64,000 nt of DNA from contig MU054001.1 of NCBI GenBank assembly GCA_013239625.1, positions 6,993,078 through 7,057,077 on the forward strand, in the 5' to 3' direction. Below the pieces are notes generated by a model. It made no database searches. It saw only the letters and a list, made by a program, of their open reading frames with translations, and was not told the DNA's origin. Within the stretch, counting starts at the first letter, position 1. Each line of letters starts with the position of its first letter. This DNA comes from Lama guanicoe (Eukaryota). The translations under genes and the position numbers were made by a program. Of this stretch, positions 29,845 to 40,239 are shown piece after piece.

Positions 29845-30137
29845 GAGCCCCAGACTGGGTGAGACCTGAAGACGGATCATTGAGATTCCTGGGACACCAC
29901 CCATCACCTCACCACTAACCAATCAGAGGGAGGTCACATGCCCTACAGATCTCCCCCCACCCCACATTTTGCCTATAAAGATTGTCCTGAGAATCATCAG
30001 AGAGTTTGGGTCTTTTGAACATAAGCTGTCCAGTCTCCTTGCTTGACCCTTGCAATAGACCTTTCTCCCCTCCAAACTCTGACAATTTTGTTTGTTTGGC
30101 CTCGCTGTGCATTGGGTGCACAAAATTAGGTTTAACA
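29845..30137 (+). mobile_element. Partial ERV1-type LTR (related to 35270-35742)
   Basis: ccaatcag, cctataaag TATA and U5 ctccaaactctga...tgtttggcctc...ggtttaaca shared with the 35.3-kb LTR. Confidence 0.75.
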
Positions 30138-31227
30138 ACTTATGGAAAGATTTCTGAGAGATATGAAATGAAAACATCAAGGTGCAAGTTATATACACAT
30201 ACATAGGTGCTTATCTCTGGGAGCATAAAAAAATAACAGCTCTTTGTATGGAAGTGAACTAGGTGAGTGCAGGATGCAGGGAGCAGAGGAAATTTTTTAC
30301 TGAAAATGCACCACACTTTTAAAATTTGGAAGCTTGTAGTTTATTATTTATTCAAAAAATTAAACTACAACTAAAATAATAATACAACACAACACATTTA
30401 CAGCACAGTGCCCCGTACATAGCATGTATTCCATATAGGGTAGCTTATTAGAATCCTCATTATTATGGAATGAGAAAGACCTTCTCCAATTTGGAGTCAG
30501 ATATATAAATCAAAGGCAGTTCTGACATGAGAATGTTCTGTGAGGTTTTTGCTCTTTTGAAAGAGCAATTGCACATATGCATTTGGACTTTGGCATTTGA
30601 GGTAGACATAATTTTTTTAATGCCTATTGTAGCCATCTAGAGTGGCATTTTGAGTGGCCTCTGCCCATCATGACAAAATGAATGCCAAGTGCCTGACTGA
30701 GGAAGAAGAAGAAAAGCAGCACAATACAGCATAAAAGTCAGAGCAAAGTGCAGTGGGAGTGAGAAGACTGCAATTTAATGGGGCTCAATTATTTGATTAC
30801 AATAGACCTTTCAGTTGCCATAGAAGCAAAACCACCTCTTCAAATAAGACACTGATGGGGCTAGGCACACCTTTAAAAAAAAACCAGACTAAAATGATGC
30901 AGACAATGGAAACAAGTGCTCTCGAAATTGTTCTATCTGGATGAATAAATCAGGAAAGAACGAAGATAACAGGCAGGGCAAAACGCAGACACCTAATGCA
31001 GGATGACTGAAAGAGCCTCCAAACCGCAGAAGAAATATGATGTTTGAATCTTGGGTTCTTTCTCGGTGACCAGATTCCAGGCGCTGGTTTCCTCTGGGGT
31101 TGTGGACGGTGTGGACTGGGGGCTGGGGTCAGGGCACCATCAAAACAGGAATCTGGATGACATGGTGGAAGAGAGAAGAAAGGAGGGAGGGAGAGAGAGA
31201 GATGCACAGACAGACCAAAAAACACCC

Positions 31228-33398
31228 AGCATGGTATTGGTACAAAAACAGACATAAAAATAGACATAGGGATCAATGGAACAGAATAGAGAGCCAGAAA
31301 TAAACCCACAGACTTTGGATCAATTAATCTTTGACAAAGGAGGCAAGAACATACAATGGAGTAAAGACAGTCTCTTCAGCAAGTGGTGTTGGGAAAGCTG
31401 GACAGCTGCATTTAAATCAATGAAGTTAGAATACTCCCTCACACTGTTAAAGCAGGCAGATAGCTAGATATGAGCAGAGCAAGGGAGACACAGACCAAAT
31501 GGCAGGAATTGGGCAGAAAGGAGGGGCACAGGCCAAATGCAGGAAACCATACATCATGTAAGCACCAGGAGTACCGGAGCAGAGAAAGAAAAGCAGGAAC
31601 TTTTGGGCTGATAAGTGGTCACAACTTTTGGGGGTGATAAGTGGCCTGGAGACCAACAAAGAAAGGTGAGAAAAGGCAGGAATTTCCAGTGTCCAAATGT
31701 AACCTTTTGCTCATTATGCCCTCATTTCAATAAAATTAGCCTTGCAGCTCAGAAGTACCCATCATGCGCCGATGCCATGACACTTCTGATCCAGACTAAA
31801 TAAGGACAAAAATCCTTCCTCCCTTTGGGAGGGTGGAGTTGGGATGATAATCAGGGAATATGACCCCAAATCCTTCCCTCCCCAAAGAATGTTCTGACCA
31901 TTCATTTTTACACCCTATGTAGCTAACTTGCCAAAGAAACATGGGGCAGCCGCTCACCTGAGCCTGCCCGCTCTCCCCTTGAGAGTGTACTATCCATCTT
32001 TTAATAAATTCTCACTTTACTTTTTTTAACCACTATGTCTTGTTTCTGAATTCTTTCTAGGACGGGACAAGAACCTGGAACACTGGCTACATCCACTGGC
32101 AACAACACCATACACAAAAATAAACTCAAAATGGCTTAAAGACTTAAACATAAGATAAGACATTATAAACCTATTAGAAGAAAATATAGGCAAAATACTA
32201 CTGAACATAAATCTTAGCAATGTTCTCCTAGGGCAGTCTACTCAGGCAATAGAAATAAAAGCAAAAAAAAAAAAAGGGGGGCCTAATTAAACTTAAAAGC
32301 TTTTGCATAGCAAAGGAAACCATAAGCAAAATGAAATGATAACTTACAGGGTGAGAGAAAATATTTGCAAAAGATGAGTCTGACAAAGCCTTAATTTCCA
32401 GAATATATAAACAGCTCATGCAACTTAATAATAAAGGAAATAAACAACCCAATCCAAAAATGGGCAGAAGACCTAAACAAGCAATTCTCCCATGAAGACA
32501 TACAAATGGCCATTTTTAAGTCCAAGAGGCACATGAAAAATGCCCAATATTGCTAATTATCAGAGAAATGCAAATCAAAACTACAATGAGGTATCACCTC
32601 ACACCAGGCAGAATGGCCATCATTCAAAAGTCCACAAATAATAAATACTGGAGAGGGTGTGAAGAAAAGGGAATCTTCTCACACTGCTGGTGGGAATGAA
32701 AATGGGTGCAGCCACTATGGAGAACAGTATGGAGGTTCCTTAAAAAACTAAAAATAGAGTTACCATGTGATCCAGGAATCCCACTCCTGGGCATATATCC
32801 AGAAAAAACTATAATTTGAAAAGATACATGCACCCCAGTGTTCATAACAGTGCTTTTTACAATAGCCAAGATATGGAAAGAATCTAAATGTCCATTGACA
32901 GATGAACAGATATAGAAAAATGTGGTATAAATATAGTGGAACACTACTCAGTCATAAAAAAGAAATGAAATAATGTCATTTGCAGCAACATGGAAGGACC
33001 CAGTGATTATCATACTAAGTGAAGTCAGTCAGAGAAAGACAAAATCATGTCATATCACTTACATGTGGAACCTAAAAAAATGACAGAAATGCACTTACTC
33101 ACAAAACAGAAAGAGACTCAAGACATAGAAAACAAACTTACGGTTATAGGGTGGGGAAGGGGGAGGAAAGGATAAATTGGGAGTTTGGGATTGGCTGATA
33201 CAAACGATCATGTACAGAATAGATAAACAACAAGGTCCTATTGTATAGCACAGGGAAATATATACCCTATTGTATAGCACAGGGAACTATATAGCTTGTA
33301 GTAACCTGTAAGGAAAAAGAATATGAAAAAGAAAATGTGAATCACCGTACTGTACACCAGAAACTAATACAACATTATAAATAAAAAAATAAAAAAAA
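31228..33398 (+). mobile_element. 5'-truncated L1 (ORF2 3' part + 3' UTR + poly-A) interrupted by a solo LTR
   Basis: AWYWYKNRH...QLIFDKGGKNIQWSKDSLFSKWCWESW; A-rich tail at 33379-33398. Confidence 0.92.
31445..32104 (+). mobile_element. ERV1-type solo LTR (660 bp)
   Basis: TGTT...AACA termini, 4-bp TSD ACAC, AATAAA at ~32003; host L1 rejoins exactly across it. Confidence 0.92.
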
Positions 33399-33399
33399 T

Positions 33400-33830
33400 T
33401 TTAATGGGCAGAGGACTTGAATACTTGCTTCTTTAAGAAGCATGTAAAAATAGCCAAAAGCACATGGAAATCTCAACAGCATTAGTCACCAGGGAAATGC
33501 AAATCCAAACCACAATGAGATATCACTTTATACTTATCAGAATGGCTACAGTAAAAAAGATGGACAATAACACAGGTTAGCAAGGACTGGGAGCAAATAA
33601 AATCCTGTCACACTGCTGGTAGGAACAGAAAATAGTGCAGCCACTTTGAAAACAGTCTGTCATCTCCTCAAATGGTTAAACACAGAGTTACGATATGATC
33701 TAGCAAGTCCACTCTTAGGTATACACCCAAGAGAAATGAAAGTATTAGTCTACACAAAAACTTGTACATGAATGTTCATAGCAGCATTATTCATAATAGC
33801 TAAAAAGTAGAAAACATTCAAATATTTATC
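33400..33830 (+). mobile_element. Old L1 ORF2 fragment
   Basis: gggaaatgcaaatccaaaccacaatgagatatcac...gaatgttcatagcagcattattcataatagc. Confidence 0.85.
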
Positions 33831-33839
33831 CGCAAAGCT

Positions 33840-34440
33840 TTCTCCGCACAGCAGCCGGAATGCTCTTGCAAGAGCGTGAGTCAAATCACATCTTCCTCCT
33901 TGAAGCCCATCAATCACATCTCATCAACGTGTCAAAAGAAATCTGAACTTTTCACAAAGGATGGCCCTGTTACTCCGGCAGCCTCATCTCTGGCCGCTGC
34001 CCCTCTCACACTCTGTGCTGAAGCCTCAAGGACTTTAATCTGTTTCTGGAGCACACCAAACTCTCCTGCCTTAGGGCTTCAGAGCTGGGGCACCCCTCTT
34101 CTTGGATCACCCCATTCTCCTTCCTAGATTCCCCCTTCTTCCTGAATCTCCCGCCACCTCCCACCTTCTGCTTCTGTCTTATCCTGAAGGTTTTAGCCCA
34201 ACACCCTCTCCTCTGTGAGGTCTTCCCACAGCCTCCCCTGCAAATAGGGCCTTGCCTCGGAGTCTCTCTCCTTGGAGGCATTAATTCCAGGTCTGACTAC
34301 ATTCAGTGGATATTCTATGTTTACTGTGTGTCTCCCCTACCAGCTGGTGAGCTCCATGGGTAAGAGCTAGGTCTACTTGTTCCGTTTTAATCCCCAGAGC
34401 TTTGTGCAGGGCCCAGAGGCTCTAGAAGAGACTTGCTAAA
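33840..34440 (+). mobile_element. L2 3' fragment
   Basis: cacaccaaactctcctgccttagggc...gtgagctccatgggtaagagc. Confidence 0.65.
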
Positions 34441-35269
34441 AGGACTTCTCAGTGGTTTACCAAGTGCCAAAGATTTATTTTCTTTTGAAAGTTTAAGCTG
34501 CCCTCTAGTGGAAAATACAAGCCAAAATTCGGGCCTGGATTTTGTTCTTTGTTTTTGTTTTTATCCACAGGAGCCCCAGACTCTCATCTCAGCGTGCTGG
34601 AGACCTGGCCTCTCTCCTCTCCCTGCAGCGGAGTGGACAGCGTGGACCACCTGCTCACGCTGGGTCCACGTGGGGCTCCTCACAGCTGCAGAGGGAGGGA
34701 CCGGCTTCCCCCAGTGGGACCCCTCCCAGGGTCTGGGGGCCCTCCCCACCCTGCTCTGATGTTTAGAGTTTGTGCTGTCTGTCCTGGTCCTTGTCTGCTC
34801 TCAAAAATCCATCCATATAGATGTGTGGGCACATTCTCCAGTGGGATACTGGGGTCTCACTGGGTTTCTGTCCCCCAGGGGTCAAACCCCTGAGCTGTAC
34901 ACTTTAGAGAGTCCTAGGGGAGCTGGTGGGCGAGTTTGGGGGCAGAAATCCCCCCAAAAAGGCAGCACTTGCTGACCCTGACTTAGGTAATAATGTGAAT
35001 CTGTGATTCTGGGCAGGCGGTCTCTGGGAAGCCGCAGAAGAAATGGCCCAGGCCCAGGCCGCTGGATTCTAAACCTGAGCCTTTGGCTAATGGCATCATA
35101 ATATTACATTCTACATAAAAGGAGCAGTATTAATTTGGTTTGTCCCTTTACTAACTGAAGTTTAGTAGTACGTGCCAGCAACACAAAGATGAATATGACA
35201 AGGTACTTACCTTTGAAGAGCCCACAGCCTCTGATGCAAGGTAACTAGTAGACGAGGCCTCGAAAGTTG

Positions 35270-35742
35270 TGTTACCGAAGGCAAGTTCATGTGCCTGCTG
35301 CACTGTGAGGCCAAACAAACTGAAACATCAGAGTTTGGAGCAGAGAAAGATTTATTGCAGGGCCGAGCAAGGAGGATGGGGTGGCTTGTGCCCAAGAAAC
35401 CCCGAACTCCACAAAGGGTTTCAGCAAAGCATATTTAAGGCCAGCTAAGGGAGGGGGTCACAGGTACGTGATCAGATCATGCATAATTCTCTGATTGGCT
35501 GATGCTGAGGGAACAGGGTGGTCAACACTATCAACCCTTAGGCACCAGAAGGTCTGGAGGCCATGGGCTCTCAATCATCAAGCAGTTAATTTCTTCCCTA
35601 TGGTGGTGGTTTTTAACATCTGAAAAACTCAGGAGATATGCATGAGATACTATTATCTGGGTGCTTCAGAGAGGAGCTGTGACAGAAGATACAGAGGAAG
35701 AGTGTGACCCTGGAAGGCCCCACAAGGTCCTGGTTGGTTACA
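35270..35742 (-). mobile_element. ERV1-type solo LTR (473 bp)
   Basis: TGTTA...TTACA termini, perfect 4-bp TSD GTTG; minus-strand CCAAT and AATAAA. Confidence 0.9.
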
Positions 35743-36012
35743 GTTGCAAACTGGTGGTCTACAGATACGTTTTATTTGGCTGGCACAGTGTTTATGTTTT
35801 TAAAAATTATTTACCAACCTTTTCATATGGGAGATTACCTAATAAAAATCTAGACTTCTGGCTTCTCTTGGGAAACCAATGTGGCAATACTGGGTCCATG
35901 CCCACCACTTTCCACGGGACTTTCTCCTTATGTCACTAGCCTGGCCATTCCGGGCACTACGTGGAGACCCCTGTGCCAGGAGTAGTGAGAGAGGAGCAAT
36001 TAACACTGGAAG

Positions 36013-36671
36013 TGATGCTGGTAGATGCAACCTGTGTTCCAGGTTCTTGTCCCATCCCAGAAAGAATTCAGAGACAAGACTAAGAGGTTAAAAAAAGTGA
36101 AGTGAGGATTTATTAAAGGATGGATAGTACACTCTTAAGGGGAGAGTGGGCAGGCTCAGGTGAGTGGCAGCCCTGAGTTTCTTTGGCAAATTAGTTACAT
36201 AGGGTATAAAAATGAATGGGCAGAACATTCATTGGGGAGGGAAGGGTTTGGCGTCGTGTTTCCTGATTATCACCCTAACTCCACCTTCCCAAAGGGAGGA
36301 AGGATTTTTGTCTTTATTTAGTCTGGATCAGAAGTGTCATGGCATCGGTGCATGATGGGTACTTTTGATCTGCAAGGCTAATTTTATTGAAATGAGGGCA
36401 TAATGAGCAAAAGGTTACATTTGGACACTGGAAATTCCTACCTTTTCTCATCTTCCTTTGTTCCTCGTCAGGCCACTCATCACCCCAAAATGTGTGATCC
36501 CTTATCAGCCCCCAGGTTCCTGCTTTTCTCTCTCTGCCCAGGGACCGCTGGTGCTTACAGGGTGTGTGGTTTCCTGCATTTGGCCTGTGCCCCTGCTTTC
36601 TGCCCAATTCCTGCCATTTGGTCTGTGTCTCCCTTGCTCTGCTCATAGCTAGCTATCTGCCTGCTCTAACA
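36013..36671 (-). mobile_element. ERV1-type solo LTR (659 bp), same family as 31445-32104
   Basis: Reverse complement of the 31.4-kb LTR; perfect 4-bp TSD GAAG. Confidence 0.92.
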
Positions 36672-36939
36672 GAAGCAGGTGAGAGGGCAGGTGAAGTCTT
36701 CCCGGGGGCAGTGACTTCCTAGGTGCCATCTCAACACCTGAATGGGAGATGGTTGTGCCCGTAGGAGCTGTGTCAGAGAGGGTGGGATGAGATGTGAGTC
36801 TTACAAGCTGGAGGGTGGGCTGCACTTGGCTTTGCAGCATAATGAATGTGAATGATGCATGAGAATTGCAGGCCAAGTCTTCCAGCAAGAGACAAAGACT
36901 GAAATGTCATCAGGAGAGGAATTGGGTCTGAAGACCTTT

Positions 36940-37078
36940 GTATCAAACTTGTCCCCTGAGGACGGGGGATCTTGTTGAAATTCAGATTGTGATCCACAGA
37001 TCTGGGGTTGGGGGAGGGACTCTGCATTTCTAACAAGCTCCTGGTCCCTGGACTGTACTTTGAATAGTTGAGCCTTAG
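36940..37078. mobile_element. MER5-like element
   Basis: gatcttgttgaaattcagatt...gactctgcatttctaacaagctcc...tactttgaatag. Confidence 0.7.
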
Positions 37079-37177
37079 AACACAGTTCGCAATCTAGTGG
37101 GCTGTGAGCCAAATTTGGCCCAGGAAGTAAGGTTTCTCTGGGTTGCATAGTGTTTATATTTTTCTATCATATCACTG

Positions 37178-37719
37178 TGATATAGGAAAACAAATGTGGG
37201 GGCCAGAGGATGGCCATGTCCCAGGTCTCAGTTGTGTCCCTGAGACGTGCCCTACCTTGGCTTCACACAGGAAAGAACTCAAGTTCAAGCCACAGTTGAG
37301 TAAAGGTAGATTTATTTAGAGACATACATACTCCATAGAGTGCAGCCTATTTCAGAAGGCAGGAGAAAGGCCACAAGGTGTGGGGTTGTTAGTTTTTATG
37401 GGCTTGGTAGCTTCATAAGCTAACAAGTGGGAGGATTATTCCAACTTTTGGGGAAGGGGCTGGGATTCCCAGGAATTGGGCCACTGCCCACTTTTTGACA
37501 TTTTATGGTCAGCTTCAGTTCTGTCAATGGCGCCAGTAACATTCACCATGCTAATAATATATTACCATGAGTGTATAATGAAGTTCAAGGTCTACTGGAA
37601 ATTAAATCTCTTCCATCTGGCCTCAAGACCTGTTGGGGGTTGAATTTTCCACCACCTTGGTGTTAATTGCTGTGTTATTCCTTGAATGGCTGTGCCTTGA
37701 CTCCTCCCTTCCTGTCTCA
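37178..37719 (-). mobile_element. ERV1-type solo LTR
   Basis: TGATA...TCTCA termini, near-TSD actg/aatg; minus-strand CATAAAAA and AATAAA. Confidence 0.75.
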
Positions 37720-39062
37720 AATGAATTTTATTTTATTTTTCATAATTGAATCTTGCTTGTTAATTGATTTTTTACTTGTTCATTGTACACCCTCCCTAGG
37801 CTGTGAAACTCCATGCAGGCAAGGACCTTGCTGTCTTGTTTGTCCCTGTTTCCATTGAGCCTAGAACAGTGTCTGACATGCAGTCTCTACTCTCTACAGT
37901 CAAGTCTTATTTATCAAGTGAATTAGCAAGTCTGCTTTCCTGTGTTGCTCATAGTGAGAGCCACAGCCCACACTTGATCTTCTTCACTCACTTATGTTAC
38001 CTCCTGAGGAAGGTGGACTCAGGATGAAGCCCTTGGTTTAGGGACTCTGAGGGGGAGGAAGAGGAATGAGGGCAGGAAGGAGGACCTGGAGAGTGAGGAC
38101 CCAGAGGCCAAGGGAGGAAAGACTACAGAGGGTGAGTGCTAGGCTGTCAGTGCTGCAGCGGTGGCTTTTCATGGGAGGGAGGGAGAGAAGAAGGGATGGC
38201 AGGCCTCTGGAGAGAGCTACTGGCTATTAAGAAAATAGGAGTGCAAAGGCACTAACTAGAGCAGTTTGGTGATATCGAGAAAGAAAGTTTGGAGGCAGCA
38301 TCTCAAGATTACAACTGGGCCTTGAGGGGTTTTTAGGGGAGGGCAATTGATTTTGATCCTGTGTGTAGACAGAGGATAAAGACCTAGTGGTGAGAAAGAG
38401 AGTTAAGATATAAAAAAGGCTGGGAATAATGGCTGTCACCACACCTTAGGGCAGGTGGAAGGCTGTGATGGGTTGTGGGTAGAGGGACTGGAAAGGAAGA
38501 ATTTAAAAAAAAAACCTTCCCTTAGGATACGGGGGTGGGGCGGGGAGTGGGCAGGGAAAGCAAACCCCAGGAGGAATGTGTGTTCCGCAAAGGTCTCCAC
38601 TTAGGGGGAAACTCTAAAACCTTTCAAAATAATCTATGCAAGAATAGGTTAGGAAATGTATCCAGTTTAATAGATGATTTGTCCTTACTGGTGTTTGCAG
38701 CAGCATAGATGCTTTGTCTCTGACCCTGTGGCTGCCTGTTCATTTCCAAGACTTTTCCAGAAGCGTTGGTTTGGGTAATATCTTGACGGTTGATGAACTA
38801 TTCTTGTAATTGAACAAGAAGAGTTATGTTATCTCCAGTGTTGAGGGAGATGGGTGAGTAGAGATCCTGCCACTTGTGGAATTTGTGGGCAGGAGGGTGA
38901 GAAGGAGAATTATGAGAAAGCCCAGTGCTTTCAAGGCCCAATGCTAGTCTTGATTTTATTGTTTTGTGTGTTTTCACCTCGTGGTGCTCAATAAATATTT
39001 GTTCAATGAACAAATAAATGTAATGTCAGACTCTGTACATAAGAGTCAAAGAAATCTTGTAT

Positions 39063-39345
39063 TCTGGAAAATTGAGCTGACCTAAGTGCAGGTTTCTCCT
39101 GGCTCCACTTCATTGCAACTGTGAGGGATCTGAGAGAATTTAGCCCAAGGGTTTCCTTTCAGGCAGTAAGTGGAAATGTCTTCCCTAGGATAACACTGTC
39201 ATCACCAACCAGGCTCTTGGCCTTCTGTGGGACTCATCCCACCTGGTGTTCTGGTTACCTTTGCTGTCACTGGCCATCTCTGCTCTGACTAATCATGGCC
39301 TGGCAGAGGCATTAAATGGTGGATTCAGGAATTTGGTTGGTTTCT
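39063..39345 (+). repeat. Direct repeat copy 1 (~285 bp) upstream of the SHCBP1 CpG island
   Basis: Aligns end to end with 40626-40916. Confidence 0.95.
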
Positions 39346-39369
39346 AATATAGCCTTGCTGGGTTAAACT

Positions 39370-39520
39370 GGGCATTGCTTAATTTCTTGGGGACTCCATT
39401 TCCTCATCTATAAAATGGGAATAATAATATCTCCTGTCTTATAGGATGGTTTTTGAAGATTGAGTAAGATACTGCTGATAAAATACTTGCACACAGTACT
39501 CAATAAATGTTAGCTATTAT
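39370..39520 (+). mobile_element. MIR fragment
   Basis: ctccatttcctcatctataaaatgggaataataat...actcaataaatgttagctattatt. Confidence 0.8.
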
Positions 39521-40039
39521 TGGAGATTAATAAACGTGGGTAAAACATACTTTTACATACTAAATACAATTTGACATTCTTTGAAAATATCCTCTGTGTG
39601 TAGGTACTGAATGAAAGAGAGGAGGGGAGAGGGAGAGAGAGAGAGACTGAGTTTTGTTGGTGAAAGGTCTAGAGCCATCTAGGCCAGTATACTATTAGAA
39701 CTGAAGACGATCTTCAGAGAGGTGAAGTGACGTGCACATGATGATACCAGTGCTACTGGCAGAAATACGTCTAAATACTATGTTTTTTTACTGTCAAGCT
39801 AGTGCCTTTCCCGCTCTACTCCATTTCCAGGTATGGATTTTTAGTTTTTCAGAAATCATCCCAGATCATGTCCCAATTCAACTTTGTCCCAGTTCGTCCA
39901 GTAAACAAAAGATCAAGAGCTTGGCTAAGAACAGCAGTCCGCCGGCCAGTAGATGGCGCCGCGGCACTGTCACCGGTGGTGGGTGGTGGCTGAAGGGGGC
40001 GGTGCTCGTGCGGAAACGGAGACCGAGCAAACCTTCCTT

Positions 40040-40130
40040 TAACTGGTCCAAGAGCCTCGGCCCACTATCCAATCAGAAGCGCCTGCATCATCACATTACC
40101 GGGCTGGGCGGCCGCCCGCGGAAATTTGAA
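40040..40130 (+). promoter_or_regulatory. SHCBP1: G2/M-type promoter module: MYB-like TAACTG (40040-40045), NF-Y CCAAT (40069-40073), CDE-like CGCGG (40117-40121), CHR TTTGAA (40125-40130)
   Basis: Motifs read directly; the combination matches DREAM/MMB-FOXM1 target promoters. Confidence 0.7.
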
Positions 40131-40239
40131 ATGGCTGACGGGTTGCTGGCGGGCGGCGGTCTGGGGTTGGAGCCGATGTCGCCCGAGCCCGAGCGCACCG
40201 GCTGGGCGGCAGAGGAGGAGCAGGCGGCCCTCGAGAAAG
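40131..40239 (+). CDS. SHCBP1: SHCBP1 exon 1 coding part (109 nt)
   Basis: gaaATGGCT...GAGAAAG|gtgagc; MADGLLAGGGLGLEPMSPEPERTGWAAEEEQAALEK. Confidence 0.93.

Noticed and set aside
31447..36652. Two similar LTRs as ends of one provirus or a composite transposon
   Set aside because: They are inverted, each has its own TSD, and no gag/pol/env lies between them.
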